Assembly: GCA_024642485.1 (NCBI GenBank)
Contig: JAHEAY010000002.1
Location: 357 to 64,356, forward strand
Source of the DNA: Cytophagaceae bacterium
GTDB taxonomy: Bacteria; Bacteroidota; Bacteroidia; Cytophagales; Spirosomataceae
Direction of reading: 5' to 3'
Length of the DNA stretch: 64,000 bases
A program made the translations under genes and the position numbers. Positions 51,301 to 60,374 of the stretch are shown here, piece after piece. The notes below the pieces were generated by a model, which saw only the letters and a list, made by a program, of their open reading frames with translations, made no database searches and had not been told where the DNA came from. Numbering within the stretch: the first letter of the stretch is position 1; every line of letters begins with the position of its first letter.

Positions 51301-51677
51301 TCCAAGAATCCATCACCATTTATATCGGCCATCGTCACACCCGTTTTCCAGTCGGAGAAACCTCCTACTCCCGCTTTTTCCGTGATGTCTTCAAATTCCA
51401 TATTGCCCTTGTTCAGGTACAATTTGTTTTTCCCTTGATTGGATGTAAAGAATAAATCGACAAGCCCATCATTGTTGATATCGCCGGAAGCTACACCACC
51501 ACCATTATAGAAATAGAGGTAATCGAGGATGTTAAAATCGGGCGTTTCTTTAATTTGATTGGTAAAATCAATATGTGTTTTCGAGGCAGGCAATTTCTCA
51601 AACAATTGCACATCATCACCTGATTTACATGCGAGAAAACCAATGGATAAAATGAAAAATGCGAGATACTTATTCAT
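48384..51677 (-). CDS. FG-GAP/VCBS repeat lipoprotein with ASPIC/UnbV domain (CRTAC1-like)
   Basis: Lipobox FLAC; YNGGGV, many DxNxDG loops, TDWSW, GIGAKV...RGFMSS..FG. Confidence 0.85.
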   Translation of the reverse strand: MNKYLAFFILSIGFLACKSGDDVQLFEKLPASKTHIDFTNQIKETPDFNILDYLYFYNGGGVASGDINNDGLVDLFFTSNQGKNKLYLNKGNMEFEDITEKAGVGGFSDWKTGVTMADINGDGFLDIYVCAVSNFKGMEGSNELYINNGDNTFTEKANAYGLDFTGFSTQAAFFDYDKDGDLDCYLLNHAVHNTRSYDRVNTRMLKDNEAGDYLYRNDGGKFKDISAESGIYQAAMGYGLGISVADLNNDGWLDIYVSNDFHEDDYYYINQKDGTYKEGIKEHFKHLSRFSMGSDIADINNDGYQDVMTLDMYPEDEKVEKSSVGEDPLDIYMYKLQFGYFNQYSRNCLQLNMSGQKFADIAASSGVAATDWSWSTLMADYDGDGLKDIFISNGILRRPNDLDYLKFVIGDSLHYGLPTSHKLDQEAIDLMPSGKVHNYLFQGSKDLRFKDKSKVWGFEEEGISNGSSYADLDNDGDLDLISNNLNEPAGIYENHSRELLKNNFVKVKFKGEGMNTFGIGAKVILKTKEGQQLQQMMPTRGFMSSVEPTLLFGIGQLSDVDSLIVIWENEKMQIIKHPKINELLTLDQKNAQMLVKDFQFFTQTKPLFEEVTGTFNIPYLHQENTYFDFNRELLVPFKVSIEGPKMAVGDVNGDGLEDFYVGGAKYQAGQLYLQKPNGFAFSPQQSFKADSLYEDVDALFFDADGDKDLDLYVVSGGNEFFDKMPEQFDRLYKNDGKGNFTRDAKALPAMYDNKSVVRPCDFDRDGDLDLFVGGRVVGYHYGYSPKSYLLVNNGHGQFADRTQALAPDLREAGMLTEAIWADFDRDGDQDLTVVGDWMPIKSFENRGGKLSLIENGLEEFTGFWGGLTAGDFDKDGDMDFVVGNLGTNTKLRKQVDGKLRMLIKDIDKNDTEEHIISYNRGDDWYPINSKDEMGKQIPSIISKKYTKYNEFAGNTIEELFGDNELKGATERMVNTFESVYIENKGKGKFEMHFLPALAQVSKVMVLRTEDVDKDGNLDVLLGGNFNGASMYQARYDAFFGLILKGNGKGGFSPMIPTETGFLQDGDVRDIKIVHTPKGPLYFVTRNSATMQIFKKLN

Positions 51678-51687
51678 AAACTACTTA

Positions 51688-54600
51688 TTATTTAACTTGA
51701 AACACTTGTGCTTTGTCATTGTTTTTAGCGAGGACAACAAAATTCCCTCCTTTTCCTTTTGCAATAGCCATTTTGCGAACTTGACCCCGGGTTTGGAAAC
51801 CCGTGTCTTTCGAACGCTTCGCCACAAATTTACCTTGACCTAATCCCTTCAACATCAAACCGTACATAGCGTCAAAACGGCCCCATTCAGGCAATGAATC
51901 AAAGAAATTACCTGCTAAGAGGATATCCACCTTCCCGTCATGATCAAAGTCTGAAACTTCAATACCGCGGATTGGCGAGAATTGCGCTTCATACGGCAAG
52001 GCTTGAAGGCTAAAGTTTCCTTTGCCATCATTGATTAAAAATGCGGATTCCGTTGTTGTGATTTGGCGAAGCACCATACCATCACGCTGCTCATCAGAAT
52101 ACAATTCTTCCACCGTCTTATTGGCATAATCTTTGTACTTGATGAATTTCTGTTTAATCGCAGGCGTAGCACGTTGCAATTCCCCTTTCAATACCATCGG
52201 ATAGGTTTTCCCATCTTCCGTTACGCAAGAAATAATTTGTTCCACCGTTCCATTTTTATCAAAATCATTCACCGATAAAGTTGCAGGGAATTCCGCAGAC
52301 GCTTTGATTTTTGAATTTAGGCCAAAGTTTCCAGCCACAAAATCCATATCTCCATCTCCATCAATATCAGCGGGTTTTAAACAGCCCCAAAGGCCTTCTG
52401 AACCAGGAACCATCTCCTGTTTCACTAATTTCCGACCACGTTCATTCGTGAACACCACGATTCCGCCCCAGTCTTGCGCCACAACTAAATCCGCATAACC
52501 ATCTTTGTTCACATCGGCCCATTTCGCATCGGTCACCATGCCCAATTCGCCAATTTCCGGCATGAAACGTTTCGAATAGTTTTTGAAACCACCTGTTCCA
52601 TCATTGATGTAAAGATTGCTACTTGGACTCATGCCATATTTAGTCGATAGCATACGGGATCCCACAAATAAGTCTAAATCGCCATCATGATCCATGTCGG
52701 CAGCGGTCGCGCACGATCCATTTTCAAAGATGGTTGGGAAGCGTAAATCCCGCTTGAAATTCCCTTTTCCATCATTTAAATACAATAAATCATGTAATTC
52801 AGGGGCATTGATATCAAATTCATTACTTCCAGTTACAACGAATAAATCCAAATCCTTGTCGCCATCAGCATCAAAGAAAAGGGCATCCGTATTTTCCGTA
52901 GTTTGATCTAAGCTAAAGTCGGCTTGTGTACTTTCCTTGAATTGTCCAGAAGCCTGCTGAATGAATAATTGCTTTTTCTGTCCAGCGGCACCTCCTAAAT
53001 ATAAATCATCTAAGCCGTCGCCATTCACATCGCCAACGGCCATAGCCGGTCCCTGGGTAGATAATTTTTGTTTCAATAAAACGTCACGATCCCAGTCATT
53101 AAATAGACTTTCTTGATGGGTATAATTCAATTTAGTCGCCGTTACATCTGCGAATAATTGCTTGGCAACAAACGGAGTAAATTTGAATTGCTGTGTCGCT
53201 TTTGCATAATCCAAAGTCAATACCTGATCTGACTTCACAGACTTCAAGGTTTGCATTTTATCATCTGGCCAAATGATTTGCAAAGAATCAATTTGACCAT
53301 TTTGGCCTAAACCAAAGACCATTTGATGATCACTCGAGGATTGAAATCCACGGTTTGGCATTTGCTGTAACACCTTGATTTTACCTTGTTGGAATAAAGT
53401 AACCTTCGCCCCAATCCCATTCAAGTTCCGTCCGGTTCCTTTCAAATGAACCGTTAGATAATGATTCTTCAACTTCTCATTTGTCTTGTTTTTGAAGACT
53501 GAAAGTGGCGCATTGACGTTATTCACCACTAAATCCAAATCACCGTCATTATCCAAATCTCCATACGCTGAACCATTTGAAAAACCAGGACCTTCTAATC
53601 CCCAAGCTTTCGCTTGATTCGCGAATTTCAAATTTCCTTCATTTTTGAATGCATAATTAGGAATGGGCACCGAAGAAATCTTATCCGTAAATTCTTTGTA
53701 GTCGAACTTCTTCCCGTTCAACATCTGTTGCATCGTGTTGCGATCACCTAAGAAATCGACAAAGTCTTGATCTGTCAAATCTTTCGCGATACCATTTGCG
53801 ACAAAAATGTCCTTTTGACCATCATTGTCCATGTCGAAAATCAAGGCACCCCAAGACCAGTCGGTGGCATGCACCCCAGCTAATTGACCTACTTCACTGA
53901 ACGTTCCATCACCATTGTTTAACTGCAAGTTATTACGCATGTATTGATGCCAAAAACCGCGTTTCAATTTCAAATCAACTAAGTTATAGCCTTCGAAAAT
54001 AGACGTTGTTTTTAAGCGACGGTCATCACCCGGAAGCATGTCGGTCACGAAAATATCGAGGTTACCGTCGTCATTGATGTCGGCGATATCCGCTCCCATC
54101 GAGCTTAGGGAGATATGCGGCATTTGATTCTCTAAATCTTCTTTAAACGTTCCGTCGTGTTGATTGATGTACAAATAATCACGCTCGTAGAAATCGTTTG
54201 ATATGTAAATATCGGGCCAGTTGTCATTGTTCACATCCCCGATCGTAATTCCTAAACCAAAACCGATTAAGCTGCCATAGATGCCTGCTTTTTCGGAAAC
54301 ATCCGTAAATCTGATGTTCTTATCTTGACTGTCATTGCGGAACAATTTGTCTCCGCCTAATTTATCGCGCACATCGCGCAGATTCGTATATCCTAATTTA
54401 TCGATGGGCGTAAAGCTGTTGTTCAGCAAATACATGTCGAGATCCCCATCACGATCATAATCAAAAAAGGCAGCATGCGTAGAAAGACCGCCATCCTCTA
54501 AACCGGCTTCTTTGGCCATTTCCTTGTAAGTTGGAACTCCGCTCTTGATTCCTTGATTGATGTACAATTGGTTTCCACGTGCATCGCGAGAACCTGAATT

Positions 54601-54987
54601 ACACACATAAATATCCATCAAGCCGTCCCCATTGACATCTGCAAAAGTTACCCCGGTAGACCAGAATTTCTTACCTACAATCCCTGCCTTGACCGTAATA
54701 TCTTCGAAATGCATCCCACCTTTATTAAGGTAGAGTTTATTTTCTTCAAAATTAGAAGTAACAAATAGATCGGATAGCCCGTCATTGTTTACGTCTCCAA
54801 TTGCTACACCCCCACCGTTGTAGAAATTACGGTAGTTGAAAATATTGAATTCCTTTTTCTCTAAACTCCGATTAACGAAGTCGATGCCTGTTTCAGATGC
54901 TGGCAATTCTTCAAAGAGGGTATCTTCTTTGGTGGAACAAGCAAAGGTTAAAAATGCGGCGCTACAAAGGAGTACAAAATGCTTCAT
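51688..54987 (-). CDS. FG-GAP/VCBS repeat lipoprotein with ASPIC/UnbV domain (paralogue)
   Basis: Same motifs; start moved to ATG 54987 (MKHF..FAC) downstream of TATTTTTG at 55017-55010. Confidence 0.85.
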   Translation of the reverse strand: MKHFVLLCSAAFLTFACSTKEDTLFEELPASETGIDFVNRSLEKKEFNIFNYRNFYNGGGVAIGDVNNDGLSDLFVTSNFEENKLYLNKGGMHFEDITVKAGIVGKKFWSTGVTFADVNGDGLMDIYVCNSGSRDARGNQLYINQGIKSGVPTYKEMAKEAGLEDGGLSTHAAFFDYDRDGDLDMYLLNNSFTPIDKLGYTNLRDVRDKLGGDKLFRNDSQDKNIRFTDVSEKAGIYGSLIGFGLGITIGDVNNDNWPDIYISNDFYERDYLYINQHDGTFKEDLENQMPHISLSSMGADIADINDDGNLDIFVTDMLPGDDRRLKTTSIFEGYNLVDLKLKRGFWHQYMRNNLQLNNGDGTFSEVGQLAGVHATDWSWGALIFDMDNDGQKDIFVANGIAKDLTDQDFVDFLGDRNTMQQMLNGKKFDYKEFTDKISSVPIPNYAFKNEGNLKFANQAKAWGLEGPGFSNGSAYGDLDNDGDLDLVVNNVNAPLSVFKNKTNEKLKNHYLTVHLKGTGRNLNGIGAKVTLFQQGKIKVLQQMPNRGFQSSSDHQMVFGLGQNGQIDSLQIIWPDDKMQTLKSVKSDQVLTLDYAKATQQFKFTPFVAKQLFADVTATKLNYTHQESLFNDWDRDVLLKQKLSTQGPAMAVGDVNGDGLDDLYLGGAAGQKKQLFIQQASGQFKESTQADFSLDQTTENTDALFFDADGDKDLDLFVVTGSNEFDINAPELHDLLYLNDGKGNFKRDLRFPTIFENGSCATAADMDHDGDLDLFVGSRMLSTKYGMSPSSNLYINDGTGGFKNYSKRFMPEIGELGMVTDAKWADVNKDGYADLVVAQDWGGIVVFTNERGRKLVKQEMVPGSEGLWGCLKPADIDGDGDMDFVAGNFGLNSKIKASAEFPATLSVNDFDKNGTVEQIISCVTEDGKTYPMVLKGELQRATPAIKQKFIKYKDYANKTVEELYSDEQRDGMVLRQITTTESAFLINDGKGNFSLQALPYEAQFSPIRGIEVSDFDHDGKVDILLAGNFFDSLPEWGRFDAMYGLMLKGLGQGKFVAKRSKDTGFQTRGQVRKMAIAKGKGGNFVVLAKNNDKAQVFQVK

Positions 54988-55041
54988 GGAAGGTTCAAAT
55001 ATTGGACTGCAAAAATACAAAAAAGGGCTTGTATATAAAAT

Positions 55042-55072
55042 AAAAAGGCAGAACCAATGGCTCTGCCTTTTT
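55042..55072 (-). terminator. Terminator after susD
   Basis: AAAAAGGCAGA...TCTGCCTTTTT. Confidence 0.8.
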
Positions 55073-55089
55073 ACTAAATTCAGTACGAA

Positions 55090-56559
55090 TTAATACCCAG
55101 GGTTTTGTTTCAACAATGGGTTAGCATCGATACGTGGTTGTGGAATTGGGAACAACTCACGAGTCTTGTCTAATTTCTTCATGAACTTACGCTCTAAAGA
55201 GAAAGTACCGAAACGAATCATATCATTACGTCTCCATCCTTCCCATGCAAACTCACGACCACGCTCAGCTAAGATATCAGCTGCTGTGATTGAAGTTAAT
55301 GCATCAACACCAGAACGCTTACGGATTGTGTTCAAGTCAGCTAAAGCTTCAGCAGTTTTTCCTAAACGGAAAGCAGCTTCGGCACGCATCATGATCGCAT
55401 CAGCCAAACGGAATACAACGTAGTCATTTGATTGATCCCCGTTCGGGTTGTTCTTTTGGATCTCATATTTTTGAGAACGGATACCAGCAACCTGGAATTC
55501 TGGATCTGCATCCGTCATTTGATCCTTGTTGAAGTCTGCGATAAACGCTAATGGAGCACCTTTAGCATCTTTCAATTCAGCACCAGAAGCAGCATATTGC
55601 TGACCTTTGATCCACATAGCATTACGTAAATCTTTCGCCTCGAATGAGTTGTAGAAATCCGCTAATGTACAGAAACCGTTCCATGGAGAGTTACCCAAAC
55701 CATAAGTTTGTTGGTTTGCATAGTGTAACGTTCTCATTTGGAAGTTCATACCACCTGCTTTGAAGCTATCGAAAGGAATAGTCCAGATGTTCTCTCCTGA
55801 TCCTTCGTTCGCAACGATGAAGTTAGAAACAGTAGAAGAAGATAAAGACCAACCGTTTTTCGAGTTGATAACTGCGTTAGCAGCATCATAAGCACCTTGC
55901 CAATCAGCAGTACCTGAATAAACAGCAGCGTTCAACTTCAATTTAGCTAACAACATACGTGCAGCATCTTGCGTCATACGAGAATAAGCTTTACCAGCTA
56001 CCAAGTTAGGAATAGCTGACTCTAACTCAGACTTAATGAAAGCATAAACTTCAGCACGAGTTTTTGTTCCACCTACAGAAGCATTATCTGTTACGATAGG
56101 GACGTTTCCAAACGCGTCAATTGCCATGAAGTAATAGAAAGCACGTACAGCACGTAACTCATCTACTGCTTTTTGGTTTGTTTTAACCACTGGGATCAAT
56201 TGGTTCACCTGAGAGATGTTACCAAAGATGAATCCCCACATTCCGTTGATAGGACCGTGTTGTGGAGTCCAAGTGTGGCGAGAATAAGCCAACCAGTCAC
56301 CACCATCATACCAGTCACCACCACGTGTAGGAACGATCAACTCATCCGAAGATGCTTCACTAGGATTAAACCAATCCCACGTGATACCACGAAGACCACC
56401 GTAAGCAGGTCCTAATGCCGCAGCAATTTGAGCGTCAGTTTTCAAGAATTGATCTGCTGGGATCGCATCGTAAACTGGCTCAGTTAAATCTGTACAAGAC
56501 GATAGGGCTAACGAAGCGAAAACACCTACTGAAAGTACTTTATAGATATATTTTTTCAT
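55090..56559 (-). CDS. SusD/RagB family lipoprotein
   Basis: Lipobox LSSC; RAFYY..FGNVP, RLAD..AEA, ERGREFAWEG.R and NPLLKQNPGY motifs. Confidence 0.93.
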   Translation of the reverse strand: MKKYIYKVLSVGVFASLALSSCTDLTEPVYDAIPADQFLKTDAQIAAALGPAYGGLRGITWDWFNPSEASSDELIVPTRGGDWYDGGDWLAYSRHTWTPQHGPINGMWGFIFGNISQVNQLIPVVKTNQKAVDELRAVRAFYYFMAIDAFGNVPIVTDNASVGGTKTRAEVYAFIKSELESAIPNLVAGKAYSRMTQDAARMLLAKLKLNAAVYSGTADWQGAYDAANAVINSKNGWSLSSSTVSNFIVANEGSGENIWTIPFDSFKAGGMNFQMRTLHYANQQTYGLGNSPWNGFCTLADFYNSFEAKDLRNAMWIKGQQYAASGAELKDAKGAPLAFIADFNKDQMTDADPEFQVAGIRSQKYEIQKNNPNGDQSNDYVVFRLADAIMMRAEAAFRLGKTAEALADLNTIRKRSGVDALTSITAADILAERGREFAWEGWRRNDMIRFGTFSLERKFMKKLDKTRELFPIPQPRIDANPLLKQNPGY

Positions 56560-56615
56560 TTTATTAATAATTTATTTATTCGATTATTTAACTAATTGAA
56601 TACGATTTTGTTGGA

Positions 56616-59615
56616 TTAGAACGAAAGATTTACACCCGCAGTAATCGCACGAGTTTTGTAGTAAGTCTCACGAACGTCAATACCAGGAGCTGCTGAACCA
56701 ACAGACAATGCTTGGCTAACCTCAGGATCAACACCTTTGTAGTTAGTGAACAATGCTAAGTTGTTACCTGCAACATAGATACGTGCACGCTTGAATACAC
56801 CTTTAACTGGCAATGTATAACCCAAAGATGCGTTGTTCAAACGTAAGAAATCGCCAGACTCTACGTAGTAATCCATAGGGATTGTACGCTCATCATTGAT
56901 TTGAGAAGTCAATGCAGCTTTCAATGCACCTGACTCAGCAATACGACCGTCTTGACGACCTAATAACAACATGTTTGTGTTTACGATTTTCGCACCCATT
57001 TGGCTTGTCAATTGGAATTGTAAGTCAAATGCTTTGTAACGGATGTTTGTAGTCAAACCACCTACGAAAGTTGGGTTTGGATTACCAATATACGTACGGT
57101 CAGCAGCGTTAGGATCAACAGTACCATCTCCGTTCAAATCTTGGAATACATATTTTCCGTTTGTGATAGAAGCAATTTTAGCACCATAGAACTCACCTAC
57201 TGGGTGACCTGCTTGTAATACTGAGAAGTTAACAGCAGATGTACCACGGATGAATGAACCTAAAGAAGTAGACAAGAATACTTGGTCTGGAGCAGCGAAT
57301 GAATCATTCTTCAATGAAACGATTTCGTTTTTGTTGAATGAAGCAGCTAACGTAGTAGCGATGTTCCAATCTTTGTTCTCCAAGATTTGGTAAGTTAATG
57401 ATAACTCAACCCCTTGGTTTTTCATCGATCCGATGTTAGCCAACATTGTTGGGTATACATAACCTTTCTCTTGTGGAACGTTTACTGTGTATAACAAATC
57501 TTTTGTTGTACGCGTGTAAACATCGAAGTTACCAGTTACTTTACCTTTCAAGATAGAGAAGTCAATACCAGCACCGTAGTTTTCGTTGATCTCCCATTTC
57601 AAGTTAGGGTTCGGGTTAGATTGGATAGAGTATGCAGGCAAGAAGTCGTTTGCACTACCATCAAAGTAAGAACCTGAAGCTCCGTAGAACGATTTAGATA
57701 ACAATGGACGGATACCTTCCGAGTTACCAGTTTGTCCCCAGCTAACACGTAATTTCAAGTTGTCAATTACAGCGTTACCTTTCAAGAATGCCTCTTCAGA
57801 TAAAGCCCAACCTACTGAAACTGAAGGGAACACACCCCACTTGTTGTTATCACCGAATTTCGTAGAACCGTCACGACGAACGTTAACTGTTGCGAAATAT
57901 TTGTTCAATAATGAATATTGAGCACGAGCTAAGAAAGATACCAATTTGTATTCATTCTTGTAAGAACCTAATAAGCTAGGGTTAGTACGAATACCTAAAC
58001 CTGAACCTAAGTTGTTTGCTTCGAAAGCATCTGTCAAGAAATTGTTATTTCCAGCAGAAAAACCATCAGCAACAACATCTTGGTAAGTGTAACCTCCCAA
58101 AACGTTCAATGTAGAAACATCATTCAATTTCTTTGAGTAAGTCAAAGTTGTCTCTAATTGCTTATCAGTAATTGAGTTCAATGAACGGTTAGCAGCATTT
58201 CCACCTACAGTAGCTAATAAGTTACCTGGAGTAGATTTCGCGAAATAAGAACCGTCAGTTGTTTGCGTACGCAAAGTTCCTGATACGTTGAATACCAAAC
58301 CTTCTAAGATTGTATAAGCAGCTTGTCCGTTGAACAAGAAGTCATGCAAACGTTGTGTATTTGATTTGCTTTCTACTACCGCTAATGGGTTGAAGTTGGC
58401 AAATGTACCTGGGATTTGGAAATATGTTCCATCTGCATTGTAAACAGGGTCCGTTGGACGCATGTTCATTGCAAAACCAATCGCACGGTTATCAGAGAAC
58501 TGAGAGTTTGTCTGAGAAGCAGACATATTTACTTTCATGTTCAACTTACCATTTAATGCTTTCGCATCTAAGTTCAAACGACCTGTTAAACGATCTTTAC
58601 CAGAACCGATCAATGTACCTGTTTGGTCTAAATAACCAACTGATGCACGGTAAGATACGTTTTCAGATCCACCAGAAACACCAATGTTGTGGTTTTGAGA
58701 AACCGCATTACGAGTAATAACTTTCAACCAATCTGTGTTAGCTCCTAAGTCATCAAATTTTTGATTGTACTTCGCAGCAGCAGCACGGAATTCAGCACCG
58801 TTTAACAATTCTGGACGTTGAGAGATAGACTCAGAACCAACATAAGCAGAATAATCAACAGTAGGAGTACCTGACTTACCACGTTTCGTGTTGATCAAGA
58901 TAACACCATTTGCACCACGAGAACCGTAAATAGCAGCTGAAGATGCATCACGTAACACGTCCATAGATAAGATATCTTCTGGAGCAATGTTTTGGATAGG
59001 AGCACCAATCACACCGTCAATTACGTATAATGGCTCAGAACCTGCGTTCAATGAACCCGTACCACGTAAACGTACAGTTGGAGTAGCATTTGGATCACCA
59101 GAAGCCTGTGTGATAACTAAACCTGCAACTTTACCTTGAGCAGCAGCTAATGGGTTTGTTACAACACCGGCGTTGAAATCACGAGAACCTAAGCTAGTTA
59201 CTGTTCCTGAAATCTCTTTACGCTTTTGTGTACCGTAACCAACAACCACAACTTCTTCCAAAGATTTGTTGTCAGCAGCCAAAGAAACGTTAACAACAGA
59301 TTTAGAACCTACTGCAACTTCTTTAGAAGCATAACCTACAAAAGAGAATACTAAAGTCGCGTTCGACCCAGCATTAACTTTATAAGTACCGTTTGCATCT
59401 GTTTGAGCACCACGAGTAGTACCTTTTACAGCTACAGAAACACCTGGGATACCTGAGCCATCAGCAGCGTCAGTTACTTTTCCCGTTACCACATCTTGAG
59501 CAAAAGCACCCAAGGAAATTAACAGTGCAACAGCAACACTAAAAGCTTGTTTGAAGCCTAGGTTACTTACACTTGATCGCACAAGGCGACCCACTCTTTT
59601 GTAAGAATGAATCAT
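56616..59615 (-). CDS. SusC/RagA TonB-dependent transporter
   Basis: EEVVVVGYG, PLYVIDG, DASSAAIYGSRGANGVI and NPNLKWE motifs; C-terminal F. Confidence 0.95.
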   Translation of the reverse strand: MIHSYKRVGRLVRSSVSNLGFKQAFSVAVALLISLGAFAQDVVTGKVTDAADGSGIPGVSVAVKGTTRGAQTDANGTYKVNAGSNATLVFSFVGYASKEVAVGSKSVVNVSLAADNKSLEEVVVVGYGTQKRKEISGTVTSLGSRDFNAGVVTNPLAAAQGKVAGLVITQASGDPNATPTVRLRGTGSLNAGSEPLYVIDGVIGAPIQNIAPEDILSMDVLRDASSAAIYGSRGANGVILINTKRGKSGTPTVDYSAYVGSESISQRPELLNGAEFRAAAAKYNQKFDDLGANTDWLKVITRNAVSQNHNIGVSGGSENVSYRASVGYLDQTGTLIGSGKDRLTGRLNLDAKALNGKLNMKVNMSASQTNSQFSDNRAIGFAMNMRPTDPVYNADGTYFQIPGTFANFNPLAVVESKSNTQRLHDFLFNGQAAYTILEGLVFNVSGTLRTQTTDGSYFAKSTPGNLLATVGGNAANRSLNSITDKQLETTLTYSKKLNDVSTLNVLGGYTYQDVVADGFSAGNNNFLTDAFEANNLGSGLGIRTNPSLLGSYKNEYKLVSFLARAQYSLLNKYFATVNVRRDGSTKFGDNNKWGVFPSVSVGWALSEEAFLKGNAVIDNLKLRVSWGQTGNSEGIRPLLSKSFYGASGSYFDGSANDFLPAYSIQSNPNPNLKWEINENYGAGIDFSILKGKVTGNFDVYTRTTKDLLYTVNVPQEKGYVYPTMLANIGSMKNQGVELSLTYQILENKDWNIATTLAASFNKNEIVSLKNDSFAAPDQVFLSTSLGSFIRGTSAVNFSVLQAGHPVGEFYGAKIASITNGKYVFQDLNGDGTVDPNAADRTYIGNPNPTFVGGLTTNIRYKAFDLQFQLTSQMGAKIVNTNMLLLGRQDGRIAESGALKAALTSQINDERTIPMDYYVESGDFLRLNNASLGYTLPVKGVFKRARIYVAGNNLALFTNYKGVDPEVSQALSVGSAAPGIDVRETYYKTRAITAGVNLSF

Positions 59616-59683
59616 AAGTGAAAAATTAAGGGTTAAAAATGATTAATGATTCTTTGTGATTTTGTTTCAGCCAAAAACAGCGA

Positions 59684-59697
59684 TGTAATCGTTTAGA
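59684..59697. promoter_or_regulatory. LacI-family operator candidate upstream of susC
   Basis: TGTAATCGTTTAGA (TAA-n-CG-n-TTA dyad). Confidence 0.45.
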
Positions 59698-60066
59698 GTC
59701 CATAGCTAATTTCAAAACCAAGGCAAAAAAAAGAATAATAAATTGAATAAAAAAATGATTTTAATTAATGAATCAAGGATTATGCCTTTGTAAATTGTAC
59801 ATAATATAGAATTTCTTGAAAAGTAGCACAGTGTAGGACAGGTTCCCGAAATAATCTAATTTATACCTATATATGTGCTGTTCGATATATTTACGCTGCA
59901 AAGTGGCCCAAAATGGCCTAAAAGCGATTGTATTTTTTCAATAGAATTTTTTTTTGAAAAAAATCAAATAATTTATCGGCAATGAATTACCATTCAATAA
60001 ATTAACCTAAAACGGAATAATCCAATTAATTGTATATTTTGGACAGTGCTATTCTGTATCTTGAAA

Positions 60067-60276
60067 TTAAGGTAATGGATCATAGCCACTTCCTCCCCAG
60101 GGATGACAAGAGGAAATCCGTTTAATGGCCAATCGAAATCCCTTCAAAAATCCGTATTTGATAAATGCCTGTTTGGCATATTCGGAGCAGGTGGGCTGGT
60201 ACCGACAAGCATTTGGTAAAAAGGGTGAGATGAGGCCTTGGTACAAACGTATCAACAAAATGAAGATGTATTTCAT
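60067..60276 (-). CDS. yidD: Membrane protein insertion efficiency factor
   Basis: [15 protein letters not shown] and [11 protein letters not shown] motifs. Confidence 0.93.
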   Translation of the reverse strand: MKYIFILLIRLYQGLISPFLPNACRYQPTCSEYAKQAFIKYGFLKGFRLAIKRISSCHPWGGSGYDPLP

Positions 60277-60374
60277 AGGGATTTCCAATTCAATGTCCGA
60301 AAGTAATCAAACAAGCTAAATAAAGATGAATGCCCACTTGATTAAAAACACGAATTGCATTAAATTGCTTTGAA

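Noticed and set aside
46906-54987. Recurring ATCACCATC/ATCGCCATC-like DNA repeats
   Set aside because: Explained by coding DxDGDGD calcium-binding loops
59616-60066. Riboswitch (cobalamin/TPP) upstream of susC
   Set aside because: Very AT-rich; no recognisable conserved aptamer motifs by eye (an Rfam scan would be decisive)
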